The notes beneath the pieces were generated by a model. That model had not been told where the DNA came from and did not search any database. It was given only the letters and a program-made list of their open reading frames with translations. Shown here one piece after another: positions 28,160-37,999 of a stretch of DNA of 64,000 bases (position 1 is its first letter; the number at the start of each line of letters is the position of its first letter). Made by a program: the position numbers and the translations under genes. The DNA is taken from NCBI GenBank assembly GCA_001771575.1, contig MEUD01000001.1:506984-570983 (forward strand). The letters run 5' to 3'. Source of the DNA: a candidate division WOR-1 bacterium RIFOXYB2_FULL_45_9 (GTDB lineage Bacteria; Margulisbacteria; WOR-1; O2-12-FULL-45-9; XYB2-FULL-48-7).

Positions 28160-29154
28160 AGGTAATTGACCTCACAGCCGACACAGGCGGCAACGTCGTC
28201 ATAACGATGCTTCAAGTGAAGTTCACGGATCGCGTTCAGTTTTGCTCCCCGCCAGATCTCGGCTAACGGCGTTTCCTTAGCGTTGCCGATTGGGCTCCGC
28301 ATGTGGTGGTCACCACAGCACATCAGGACCGTGCCGTCCCAGAGAACGACCATTCTCTGCCAGAGCTGGGAACAAGGAAACCGTTCGCCAAATTTCTGGA
28401 CCCGTCCCTTTTCCCCAACCCGGTTCTCGCCGCTCCGGTAGCGGGAAAAACCGATCCGGTTAACCTTGTTCTCCCAGAACTTAATGTAATCGAGCGCTTC
28501 CTCCTGGTTATCCGCCATATAAACCATCTGGACCTGGACGCTGGGGAGCTTGCGGCCGAGAGAGTTACGGATCTCAATAAATTTCTCGATCTTGGGGATC
28601 GTCTGATCGTAAGTCGTGCCGCGACGGATCGAATTATAAACTTCCGGGGTCACGCCATCGACCGAGAACTTGATCCGGTCGAGCCCCGCTTCGATCAATC
28701 CCCGGGAAAGGTCATCAGTTAAAAGGGCTCCGTTGCTGTTGAACTGGACCTCCAAGACCCCCGCCTCTTTCGCCAGACGGACAAATTCAACGATCTTCGG
28801 ATGCATCAGCGGTTCACCCCGGAAATTAAATTTGACCGACGGCAGGAAGTGCTGCTTAACTTCACTCAAAACTTTTTTGTAGAGCTCAATGTCCATATAG
28901 CCGCTCTCCATCTTGCCGAACGGGATCTGGCACATGGTACAGCGGAGGTTGCAGGTGTTGGATGTTTCCAGGTCGAGATGGAGCGGAAAATCACCGACGA
29001 TATGCTCCCTGGGATTTTTCTGCCAGGCGGCCCGGTAAGCGGCAAATTTCTCCCCCATCAGTTTATTGGCATCCTCGACCCGATCGGTCCCCAGGACCTC
29101 GAAAAAATCAGGGCTAACCCGGTTGATCAGCGACGCGTCAATTTTATCGAGCAT
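28156..29154 (-). CDS. Radical SAM protein with SPASM/twitch domain
   Basis: CNLRCTMC, GEPLMHP; CSQLW...MCCGD...CVGC. Confidence 0.9.
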   Translation of the reverse strand: MLDKIDASLINRVSPDFFEVLGTDRVEDANKLMGEKFAAYRAAWQKNPREHIVGDFPLHLDLETSNTCNLRCTMCQIPFGKMESGYMDIELYKKVLSEVKQHFLPSVKFNFRGEPLMHPKIVEFVRLAKEAGVLEVQFNSNGALLTDDLSRGLIEAGLDRIKFSVDGVTPEVYNSIRRGTTYDQTIPKIEKFIEIRNSLGRKLPSVQVQMVYMADNQEEALDYIKFWENKVNRIGFSRYRSGENRVGEKGRVQKFGERFPCSQLWQRMVVLWDGTVLMCCGDHHMRSPIGNAKETPLAEIWRGAKLNAIRELHLKHRYDDVAACVGCEVNYL

Positions 29155-30817
29155 AACTACTCCTTTTTTCCGTGAACAACATCATTTTTTCCGGCGTGAC
29201 CGCGGCCAGGTAACGTTTAACAAACTCCACCCCTTTTTCGGCCATTTCCAACCGTTGTCCGCCGTCCATGGCCATGATCCAGGCAACTTTGCTCAAAAGC
29301 TCGGACGGGGAAGAAGCTTCGCTCTTCCCCCGAAAGCCAAGCAAAGGATCAAAGCTCAACAGATCATCGAAGCGGAGATGAACGACCGGCCGGCCAAGGG
29401 CTAACGCTTCCAGTCCGACCGCGCTTAGATCATACAATACGACCGCCGCTTCAGTCAGGTCGGTTAGCAGGTCAGAGTTCGAAACAGTGAAAGGGACTTT
29501 TCCTCTCAATGGCGAGGCGGGATGAGGCCGCAGGACAACCTGATAATCGGTCCGCTGGAAAGCCTGGGTTAGCCAGTCGATCATCATCCCCGCTCGCGGC
29601 TGACAGCCAAGGACCGTCAGGACCTTTTTCCCGCTGGGCGGAAGCAGAGCCGTTCCGGTCTTGAAACGGAGAGCACAGCCGACCTTTATCTTATCCCGCT
29701 CGTACCCGCCTTTGTTGATCAGGAAATCGGCGGTCACTTCCCCCAGGGTGATGATCCGGTCAGGGAAGGGGACGATCTTTTGCTCCGCCGGGCCCAGATA
29801 AACATTGGTCAGGGCCGGATAGAGGGCGCTGTGCTGATAACCAATCGTCGCCGCCTTAGCGGCGTATCGTTTGATCGCCAGCAGGGACATTTTTTCCCAG
29901 GGATAATTCTCGTGGGTCAGGATATAACGTTCGACCGCGACTTTTTCCGCCAGCCTCCGGGCGTAATAATAGTAAATCGAGTTGTTCAATGTCTGGCCTT
30001 GTTCATGCTCTTGCCGCAAAGTCGCGTTGAGCAACGCACTTATCTCTTTGCCGTTGAACAGGACCGGCCTTTTAACCTGGATCAGGCCATGGCGATCATC
30101 CAATACCGCCCGTAATGGATCAAAGATTTTCAGGAATGTTTCCTGGGCCAGGAGGGGAGCCGGGTTCTTGGCCATTGCTTTGATCGTCCGCCAATAGTTA
30201 CCAAGCACTCCGCCGACGATCAGCAGGTTATATTCTTTCAAATACTCCGGCAGAGCGCCAAAGTAATCGTCAACAAAGGGACAGCGGACAACGCTCCGCT
30301 CAAGAAGCCAGGTACGTAAAACCGTCACCCCCACCCGATCGAACGTTTTTAATTTGCGCGCCAGATAAAATCTGGCGATCATGGTTTTACCTATTTCTTT
30401 AGCCACAAAAAGCAAGCGATTCTTCAGCCGGACCAGCCAGCTTTTTACCGGCCGGACAAGCCTTGCAAATCGAGCTTCAATTATCGTCACCGGGAGCGAT
30501 CGCTCCCGGCAATAAGCGACCAGCGCCGCGCGCAACGCCCGCGACGGCACGTAAACAATAAATGACTGCCGCCGTTTCAATTCTTCAACGATCTGGTCAA
30601 AACAAACCAGGTCGCTAAAAAAAGCGGAACTGTAATAATCCTTGGAGGCAAGCGGATAGCGCCACCAGGCGTCGGACTGGTAATCGCGGCTCAATTCGCC
30701 GATCAGCTTAACGTACTCGCGCAGGTAGGCTTCGCCGTCAACCCGATTCGCGAGGAAAAGTTCGCCGGTCCCGCCGGGTTTAAGCCGATTAAGGTTATCG
30801 ATGATCGTTAAGCTCAT
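29144..30817 (-). CDS. Surface carbohydrate biosynthesis protein, putative GT-B ulosonate transferase
   Basis: ENYPWEK, IGYQHS, LRPHP, SAVGLEALALGRP. Confidence 0.6.
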   Translation of the reverse strand: MSLTIIDNLNRLKPGGTGELFLANRVDGEAYLREYVKLIGELSRDYQSDAWWRYPLASKDYYSSAFFSDLVCFDQIVEELKRRQSFIVYVPSRALRAALVAYCRERSLPVTIIEARFARLVRPVKSWLVRLKNRLLFVAKEIGKTMIARFYLARKLKTFDRVGVTVLRTWLLERSVVRCPFVDDYFGALPEYLKEYNLLIVGGVLGNYWRTIKAMAKNPAPLLAQETFLKIFDPLRAVLDDRHGLIQVKRPVLFNGKEISALLNATLRQEHEQGQTLNNSIYYYYARRLAEKVAVERYILTHENYPWEKMSLLAIKRYAAKAATIGYQHSALYPALTNVYLGPAEQKIVPFPDRIITLGEVTADFLINKGGYERDKIKVGCALRFKTGTALLPPSGKKVLTVLGCQPRAGMMIDWLTQAFQRTDYQVVLRPHPASPLRGKVPFTVSNSDLLTDLTEAAVVLYDLSAVGLEALALGRPVVHLRFDDLLSFDPLLGFRGKSEASSPSELLSKVAWIMAMDGGQRLEMAEKGVEFVKRYLAAVTPEKMMLFTEKRSSYAR

Positions 30818-32790
30818 TGGCTCCCCTTCACTATTTTATCGCTCCCCCAGGCTTTGGCATATTGCTCGTCAGCGTAAGCCAGCGCTACCTGACGGTCAGC
30901 CCCCTGGTTCAATTTCTCCAATAAGTTTTCCAGATAAGTTGCCATCCGCTTGGCCGCCTGTCCATCCTGAAACGGATCTTTTTCCTTCAAGTTGGGGACT
31001 AAGTCCGCCCGGCCGATCGCCACGCCCGGATCGCGGCGGACCTGGTCGATCGCCGACATTAAGGCTTCGAGGTCGTCAAAAACAAGTGTCCCTTTCCCCC
31101 ACTGATATTCTTCGTATGAATAAAGTTTTTCCAGATCGAGGTAAACGACCCGGGAACCGGCCAGAAAACATTCCAGGGCGGTCGTCCCGCCGAGCAGAAG
31201 CGTGATCGTGATATCGGCCGCCAGCGAGGCTTGGGCCGGATAGCTCTCCGTTCCGTATTCGCCTTCGAGAAAGACACAGCGGCCGGTCGCTTTAGCCTGG
31301 TCAATAAGCTGGGCAATTTCCGGCAACCGCTTAAGGAGAGTTTGTGGACGCTTGGGACTGCAGATCAAGCCAAGGGATTTATCCGCTAAAACGGCGTTAA
31401 GAAGTTTTTTATAGACCTTTAGGCTCCGGTCGTTGGGAATAATGCTCAAGCTGTCGTCAGAGGAATTCTCGTCAAAGTAGCAGATTATAAACTGTGCCCC
31501 TTTAGCTTGCAGTTTTTTTCTTAGTTCGTCCCCTTTAGCCCGTGCGGCAGGAAAAGAGTAATCGGTCGGATAACCGGCAAAGAGGTAACGCCCGCAGCGT
31601 GAACCGACCGCCCGCTGGCGCGTCAGATAATACGGCCCAAAAAGAAATAGGAGATCGGCCCCCGACGCCAGGATCGGGTTGGGGAGCGGCCAATTGGAAT
31701 TCTGGTAACTGACTCCGATCCCGCCATTGGCCGCGATGGCCAGATGCCGGGCGATCCGGTAGGGATCAAAGTCAACGAAGTCGACGTTCACTTTAACCCC
31801 CTGTTGGAGATAAAAATCATGATAACGGGCATATTCGGCAATAAAGCGGAACGACCAGACCAGATAATATAAAGAACGCATCCCGCCGCCATAACGGAGA
31901 TAATAATAGATCGTTTTGATTATAGGCTTACTTTGCCGAATAAAATCGAGCGACGGACGGTAGACCTGAACATCAGCGGTCGCGGCCGCTTTCGCCGTCA
32001 GAGCGGCAGACTTGATCTTACGACTGGCCAATTCCTTGACCATTCCCCCGGTTACCGGCAGATCTTCCCGTTCAAAATAGAGCAGGGATTTTTCGCCCGG
32101 AAATTGCAAAAGCCAGGGAAAATCGGAACGCTTATCGGTCGCGAAGTTAAAGCCCTTTAAAGTGTACAAATTACCAAGCAAGCCATTTCCCGTCGGCCGG
32201 ACCGGTTTTAATTTCAGCAACGCGGCTAACCAGCCTTTAACAAAGCGCCAGATCATAAAGCCAAGTTTCGCTCCCTGGGTAAAAAGATCGGCCAAAGAAT
32301 AACGGCTGACCACTTTGATCCCGTATTTTTTAGCGGCATGATCCGCTAAGGCGGGAACAAATGGCGACCAAGGGAGAAGATAGACAAACGTTCGTTCCTC
32401 CTGCTTTGCCAGCCAGGCCAACGCTTTTAGGACAATGACCTGTCGTTCAAGAAGATTGTTGGCGCTCTTTTTGAAGAAAAGGGCCATTTTCTCCGGTTCG
32501 CCAAAAAGTGCGCCGAACAGTTTCACGAACTCGTTTTGGGCGATCGCTTTTTCCGCTTCATTAACAACACTCAACAGATCCTGCCGATAAACCAGGGGAA
32601 AGGAAGATCCGCCATCATCTTCCATTAGTTCATAGAAATGGAAGGCCAACGGCCGCAAACGACCTTCCAGCTTCAAAACTTTAATTAATTTCCGCCCCAG
32701 GCTGGTCGCGCGGAAGTATCTTCCCTTCCCCCTGGAGCAGGCAAAAGCGAGTACCTCCCAGCTATTTAGCTGATAATAGCAACTGTTCAA
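30814..32790 (-). CDS. Large hypothetical polysaccharide biosynthesis protein, putative transferase
   Basis: 658 aa; C-terminal TTALEC and DPFQDGQAAKR resemble a GT-B tail. Confidence 0.55.
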   Translation of the reverse strand: MNSCYYQLNSWEVLAFACSRGKGRYFRATSLGRKLIKVLKLEGRLRPLAFHFYELMEDDGGSSFPLVYRQDLLSVVNEAEKAIAQNEFVKLFGALFGEPEKMALFFKKSANNLLERQVIVLKALAWLAKQEERTFVYLLPWSPFVPALADHAAKKYGIKVVSRYSLADLFTQGAKLGFMIWRFVKGWLAALLKLKPVRPTGNGLLGNLYTLKGFNFATDKRSDFPWLLQFPGEKSLLYFEREDLPVTGGMVKELASRKIKSAALTAKAAATADVQVYRPSLDFIRQSKPIIKTIYYYLRYGGGMRSLYYLVWSFRFIAEYARYHDFYLQQGVKVNVDFVDFDPYRIARHLAIAANGGIGVSYQNSNWPLPNPILASGADLLFLFGPYYLTRQRAVGSRCGRYLFAGYPTDYSFPAARAKGDELRKKLQAKGAQFIICYFDENSSDDSLSIIPNDRSLKVYKKLLNAVLADKSLGLICSPKRPQTLLKRLPEIAQLIDQAKATGRCVFLEGEYGTESYPAQASLAADITITLLLGGTTALECFLAGSRVVYLDLEKLYSYEEYQWGKGTLVFDDLEALMSAIDQVRRDPGVAIGRADLVPNLKEKDPFQDGQAAKRMATYLENLLEKLNQGADRQVALAYADEQYAKAWGSDKIVKGSQ

Positions 32791-33569
32791 TGGCTTTTAT
32801 CCTTGGCAAATAATTGGATTGTATTATTAATGTAAACGTCTTTCTCTTCGTATGGAAATGGAAATTCCCTGCACCCTTCAGAAAAGAGCTTGCTCATTAC
32901 CAGTTTTAACCCGGCCCGCTCGAAAAGCTTTTTAAAATCGCGCGGATAAGCGAAGAGACTTCCTTCGTTTTCCAGGATCAGGACCATTTTTTTGCTCACT
33001 CTGGCTATTTCCCGGAAAATATAATTATATTTTGGATGGATATTGACCAGGACCGAATGGCAAAAGACCAGGTCATATTCGGCGGTCGGGATCTTTCTAA
33101 TTTCCAGCGGGGCGCTGCCGACGATCAACCTGCTATCCCCGGCCATTTCCGGAAAAACCGTTTGGGACATTTCAACCGCTTTGGGACCGATCTCTATCCC
33201 GGTGAGATTCTTAAAACCAAGCTTATGGAGATAATTGAGGGACCGCCCAACGTTACAGCCGAGTTCCAGGATCTTGCTCTCTTTATTGAGATACGGCAGA
33301 ACTTCTTTAAATAGTTCAACCAGAGAACTGTCTTCCTTAATATATGTCTCCGGCCGGTCGGCGCTCCCTTCGGTCCCCTGTCTCTGCCAGCGTTTTGCCA
33401 GATCCGAAGAAGCCAGCGGCGGTTGGAGCCCCAGCCCACCCAAGATAGCCGCCAGCCTTAAATATTGATATTTCAGGTAACGGTTGTTCAAGACCAATTG
33501 ACTGGCCCGATATTGTAATTTCAACGCTAAAGCGGAAACGATTCTTTTTAATGTTTTCAAGATCAACAT
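32787..33569 (-). CDS. Class I SAM-dependent methyltransferase
   Basis: ILELGCNVG, GIEI, YDLVF; SD AAGGAG before ATG 33569. Confidence 0.85.
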   Translation of the reverse strand: MLILKTLKRIVSALALKLQYRASQLVLNNRYLKYQYLRLAAILGGLGLQPPLASSDLAKRWQRQGTEGSADRPETYIKEDSSLVELFKEVLPYLNKESKILELGCNVGRSLNYLHKLGFKNLTGIEIGPKAVEMSQTVFPEMAGDSRLIVGSAPLEIRKIPTAEYDLVFCHSVLVNIHPKYNYIFREIARVSKKMVLILENEGSLFAYPRDFKKLFERAGLKLVMSKLFSEGCREFPFPYEEKDVYINNTIQLFAKDKSH

Positions 33570-33576
33570 ACTCCTT

Positions 33577-34335
33577 TTACCAGGCGCTCCAGCCGCCATC
33601 GACGCTTAAAACTTCGCCGGTTACGTAATCGGACATCGAAGAAGCCAGGTACAAACAGGCATTGGCAACGTCGCCGGCGCTCCCCCACTTCTTCTGCGGC
33701 GTCCGGTCCAAAGTGAACTGGTACAGATCTTTATTCTGCTTAAAATTGTCAGCATAGGAGGTTTCGCAAAAACCGGGAGCAATGACGTTAACATTAATGC
33801 TATGCCCCGCCCATTCGACCGCCAAACACTTGGTCAACGTAATGATCCCTCCCTTTGAAGCGCCGTAAGCGGAAAGATCGGGGAGCCCCAAAGTCCCAAT
33901 AATCGAGGCCAGATTAATAATCTTCCCGGCTTTTTGCTTAACCATAAGACGTCCAACCTCTCGGCACATCAGATAAACAGTGCCGAGGTTGGTGTTAATG
34001 ACCTTCTGCCACTCTTCGGTCCCGATCTCCAGGAACGGTTTGCGAAATCGGATCCCGGCATTATTGACCAGGACGTCAAAACGGCCGAACATGGCCAACG
34101 CCTGGCCAATAAAATCGACGACGATTTTCTCCTCCGAAACGTCGCCGGCATAGGTCAAAACCCGGTCGTCGGCAAAGCCCTCTGCCTTTTTCAAACCGGC
34201 CAGATCGGCCGGATCGCGGGAGATCAGGGCAAGCTTGGCCCCCTCCCGGTAAAAAAGCTTCGCCGTTTCCAGGCCAATCCCTTTCCCCGCTCCGGTAATG
34301 ACGCAAACCTTATCCTTCAATATTTCTTTTTCCAT
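33577..34335 (-). CDS. Classical SDR oxidoreductase (gluconate 5-dehydrogenase-like)
   Basis: TGAGKGIG, NNAG, YGASK, VDGG. Confidence 0.9.
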   Translation of the reverse strand: MEKEILKDKVCVITGAGKGIGLETAKLFYREGAKLALISRDPADLAGLKKAEGFADDRVLTYAGDVSEEKIVVDFIGQALAMFGRFDVLVNNAGIRFRKPFLEIGTEEWQKVINTNLGTVYLMCREVGRLMVKQKAGKIINLASIIGTLGLPDLSAYGASKGGIITLTKCLAVEWAGHSINVNVIAPGFCETSYADNFKQNKDLYQFTLDRTPQKKWGSAGDVANACLYLASSMSDYVTGEVLSVDGGWSAW

Positions 34336-34344
34336 ATTTCACTC

Positions 34345-35472
34345 CTATATAATGGTCGCTTGGAACGCTTGCTCGATCAGGGCGAAAGGCACGTCATTAT
34401 AAACGGTGCTCCGACCGATCTCCTTGACCAAAACCATTCTGATCGCGTGATCTTTTCGTTTCTTGTCTTTCTTGACGTTGCGGAGACACTCTTTGATCAA
34501 CACTCCACGATCAAAGCCGATCTTGGTTGAATCGACGGAGACCGGAAGCTGGTATTGCTCAAAAATCCTTTGCTGAGCCGCGGCCGTTTCGTCCGTAAGC
34601 CCCAAATGGTTCCGGGCAATGAACACCGCCGCCATGATCCCCAACGCGACCCCCTCGCCATGCCGATAAGTATCCCCTTTTTCGGTCACGGTGGATACTT
34701 CGATCGCGTGGCCAAGTGTGTGCCCGTAATTAAGTTTTAGCCGGGCTCCCCCTTCATGGACATCGCCGGTCACGTGCTCGATCTTGATCTCGATCGATCG
34801 CTCGATCACCTTCAGCAGATCCGCTTCCTCTTTTTTCAGGATCGCGACCCGCCGGCCCAAAAGAAACTGGAAGAAATTGGCGTCCGCGATGATCGCGCAT
34901 TTGATCGCCTCGGCCAGACCGGCCCGGTAATCGCGAAGCGGCAAAGCGTCGATAAAATCAAGATCGATCAGGTTAATGATCGGATGGTAATAACTGCCGA
35001 TCGCGTTGATCGTTTTACGAAAGTTAATGGCGACCTTCCCGCCCAAACTGCTGTCGATCATCGCCATCAGGGTCGTCGGGACATGGACCAGATTAATCCC
35101 GCGCAAATATGTACTGGCAACAAAGCCCCCCAGATCGCCGACCACTCCGCCGCCAACCGCGATCAGCGTCGAATCGCGGGAAAAGTCCTGGCTTTCCAGG
35201 AGACCGTAGATCTTGAGCGCTTCGTTGATATTCTTGTTGACCTTCCCTCCCTCGAGCGGATGGAGAAGGACGCGGAAACCGGCGGCCCGCAGGCTGGCGG
35301 CCAGTTTGTCATTGATTGAGGCTTCGAAATAATTATCGTAAACGATCAAAACGTCGCGATTCCTGGTCCGCTCGGCCAGCAACCCGGCCAGCTCGGTAAG
35401 GGTCCCCCGCCCGATCAGGAGCGGGTAACTCGACCGGTCAAAAACGACTTCTTTTTTAATCAATATGCTCAT
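34345..35472 (-). CDS. 3-dehydroquinate synthase-like sugar-phosphate cyclase
   Basis: GGGVVGD, YLRG, VPTTL, DSSLGGK, AEAIK, LNYGHTLGHAIE, HGEGV, DKK. Confidence 0.88.
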   Translation of the reverse strand: MSILIKKEVVFDRSSYPLLIGRGTLTELAGLLAERTRNRDVLIVYDNYFEASINDKLAASLRAAGFRVLLHPLEGGKVNKNINEALKIYGLLESQDFSRDSTLIAVGGGVVGDLGGFVASTYLRGINLVHVPTTLMAMIDSSLGGKVAINFRKTINAIGSYYHPIINLIDLDFIDALPLRDYRAGLAEAIKCAIIADANFFQFLLGRRVAILKKEEADLLKVIERSIEIKIEHVTGDVHEGGARLKLNYGHTLGHAIEVSTVTEKGDTYRHGEGVALGIMAAVFIARNHLGLTDETAAAQQRIFEQYQLPVSVDSTKIGFDRGVLIKECLRNVKKDKKRKDHAIRMVLVKEIGRSTVYNDVPFALIEQAFQATII

Positions 35473-36137
35473 TTTAGTGGTTGGAAAAAGCCGGCATTTA
35501 CCATCAGCTCGGCAATCTCAAAATCTTCCGGCGTGTCTATGTCGTGCCCCTCAAAATGATCGATGTTCTTGATGTAAGGCTTATCACCGATCCGGCGGTG
35601 GCGGCTCTGAAACAGATCCCGCCGAAAGACGTACAGGGACGATTGTTCGATCACGACCGGATCGATGTCCTGGGTCCGCGGCGTAGGCAGGTCAAGTGAA
35701 TAATTAAGCGGCTTTCCCCTGAACCAGGCAAATTTCTTGAAAGCGTAAGCGGTAAAAGCGGAATCGTGCTCGCCGGAGACCACCTTGTCGATACATTCGG
35801 CGATCGTCGCCGGCTTAAGGAACGGCGAAGTGATGTGGAGTAAAACAATAATGTCGGCATCGGATAATTTCAGGAACTCACCGATGATATCCTGGATCGT
35901 CGCGGTCTGGGTATCGAGCGACTTCGGCCGTTCGAGAAAAGTATACTTCAAGTCGGCCTCGATGTGCTTCGTAATGCTCGGCTCTGAAGCAAATAAGACC
36001 AGATCGTTTAAGGCTTTTACCTTGTTCAGCGCCCGCAGGGAATAGTTGATCAGCGGCACCCCCCCCAGCAGTTTGACGTTCTTGGACGGGACCCGTTCAC
36101 TGTTCAATCGTGATGGGACAAAGGCGACGATTTTCAT
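35469..36137 (-). CDS. Acylneuraminate cytidylyltransferase family
   Basis: SERVPSKN, TSPF, PRTQD, DIDTPEDF. Confidence 0.88.
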   Translation of the reverse strand: MKIVAFVPSRLNSERVPSKNVKLLGGVPLINYSLRALNKVKALNDLVLFASEPSITKHIEADLKYTFLERPKSLDTQTATIQDIIGEFLKLSDADIIVLLHITSPFLKPATIAECIDKVVSGEHDSAFTAYAFKKFAWFRGKPLNYSLDLPTPRTQDIDPVVIEQSSLYVFRRDLFQSRHRRIGDKPYIKNIDHFEGHDIDTPEDFEIAELMVNAGFFQPLK

Positions 36138-37999
36138 AAAACTCCTTTGCCGCTAAGCGCGGACTTCACATATTTGTACAAATTAGCTTCGTAATTATCA
36201 TTGTATTTATAATTTAAAAAGTTAAGGTCCTTTTTAAAGCCCCGGATCGCGTTAGCCAGCTGATCGGCTTGATCGACATAAACAACCGGCTGGTCGATCA
36301 AGCCGCCCCGATAAACCGGCAATTTAAAATGGTTATAGCGGGCCCACTTGTCAAAAAGAATGACCGGCCGTTCATTGAGGAGCGCTTCGTCCAGGGCGGT
36401 CGAAGAGTAACTGACCAGGATATCGGTCGCCGCCAGAACGGCAGCAAATGGGCCCTGACGATTAATAGTGTACTTCTCTGAAGGCGGCAATAACAATTTA
36501 AATTCCTCGTCGCTCAATTCAAAACCGGGATGAACCCGGATAATCAGTCTTGTATTTGGCAACTGGTCGATGGTTCTAACCAAGTCAGCCAAGCTGGCAA
36601 TAAATTCATCAAGCGTCTCCAGAAAATAAAACCGCTCCGTTCCTCTCTTCTTTGAAGTCACGGCGTGAGTAACGATCGTCTCGTCGGCTGAAAACCCGAT
36701 TTTAAACTTAGCGGTCCGCTTCTCGACCCCGTTAAGATCGGCAAAAACGACCGGACCGGTCTTCAATTCGTTCGCTTTTACCCAGGGATATTTCTTAAAA
36801 TACTTCAGGTGAGCTTCCTGGACTGGGGTAGCAAGCGCGACATCGGTATATTCGCTCAACATAAATCCGCGGCATAACTCGACCAGCTCCATTTCGTGGA
36901 CTTCATCGATCGGGACCGGATGCGCACCGTGCGAAACAAAAAGCGACTTGATCCCAACCTGGCGGGAGAGCTCTCCCGCGCCATACCAAAACCCGCGAGA
37001 GAACGGTGAAACGACCAATTTTATTTCCAGACTTTTAACCATACTTTTCAGGGCCGATAGCTGGCCGCTATGCTCGGTAAAATATGGAGCTAGAGCGCCG
37101 ACGGCCTTCTTTTCAATGATCGGAGCCAACGCTACTCCTTTATAATTAAAAGCTACTGTGCCCCGGAAAACAGCGGTTAATTTCTCCCGTAAAATGTCCT
37201 CGTTTGCTTCGCTTCCCTTAAAGTCCAGCCAAAAATGTCGGTTGGCGACGCCAAAGAGGAAAAGCGCCAGATATTTTATCGGCGACCTGACTAATTTCTC
37301 CGGACAGGGAGAAAGAAACGCCACTCCGGGAACCGCCTTGAAAAGTTTTTCTTTCAGTCCGGCAAACCCGTACCCATTCCCCGGGATCAGGACCAATTTT
37401 TTTCTAAAGAACAAGAGATACGCCTTGAGCAAGCAGATCATTAACCAATTGAACCTTGAAGCTTTCTTTTTGCGCTTAGAGACGTTTGATTTTTGCCCGA
37501 CGGCAATATCGATAAACTTCAACGAATGGTTGGCTGCGTAAGTCTTAACTAAGGCTCCTAAATATCGGTCCACCGGTATAATCATCGGGTTCCCAGAGTG
37601 TGGTTCGGCGACCGCGGCATAAAGTTCGACCGGCCCGGCCCGGCGGACGCAATTATCGATAATCTCTATCAGACTCATTAAATGAAAAAGATAGAACCGA
37701 ACGTAAAACTGCAGGTCGGTCAGATATACCGAGGATAAACCGCTAGGATCGGTATATTGAAAGGTCTCATTGATCCGCTCGACCGCCTTCTGGGCACTGA
37801 TGATCATTGCCCGATGAGAATCATTATTAAAATAAGGAAGAGAATTATGGTAGTCGACACCAAACTTCTTTAGATAAGCCTGCAGTTTCGGTTCCAGGGC
37901 AATAATATTAAAAGCGCTTAAAGCCTCGCCCCGCTTCTTAACCTGCCGGCAAAAAGCTTCGTACTCGTCAATAAATTCCAAAAAAACCAGTTTTTTCAT
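36134..37999 (-). CDS. Large hypothetical, putative GT-B transferase for a CMP/CDP-activated donor
   Basis: VSHG, IRVHP, SSTALDEALLNERP. Confidence 0.55.
   Translation of the reverse strand: MKKLVFLEFIDEYEAFCRQVKKRGEALSAFNIIALEPKLQAYLKKFGVDYHNSLPYFNNDSHRAMIISAQKAVERINETFQYTDPSGLSSVYLTDLQFYVRFYLFHLMSLIEIIDNCVRRAGPVELYAAVAEPHSGNPMIIPVDRYLGALVKTYAANHSLKFIDIAVGQKSNVSKRKKKASRFNWLMICLLKAYLLFFRKKLVLIPGNGYGFAGLKEKLFKAVPGVAFLSPCPEKLVRSPIKYLALFLFGVANRHFWLDFKGSEANEDILREKLTAVFRGTVAFNYKGVALAPIIEKKAVGALAPYFTEHSGQLSALKSMVKSLEIKLVVSPFSRGFWYGAGELSRQVGIKSLFVSHGAHPVPIDEVHEMELVELCRGFMLSEYTDVALATPVQEAHLKYFKKYPWVKANELKTGPVVFADLNGVEKRTAKFKIGFSADETIVTHAVTSKKRGTERFYFLETLDEFIASLADLVRTIDQLPNTRLIIRVHPGFELSDEEFKLLLPPSEKYTINRQGPFAAVLAATDILVSYSSTALDEALLNERPVILFDKWARYNHFKLPVYRGGLIDQPVVYVDQADQLANAIRGFKKDLNFLNYKYNDNYEANLYKYVKSALSGKGVL

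Noticed and set aside
3474-36066. G8 tracts in wecA (3474-3481) and the cytidylyltransferase (36059-36066) as phase-variation sites
   Set aside because: Short, encode Gly-Gly in intact frames, and no frameshifted gene was seen
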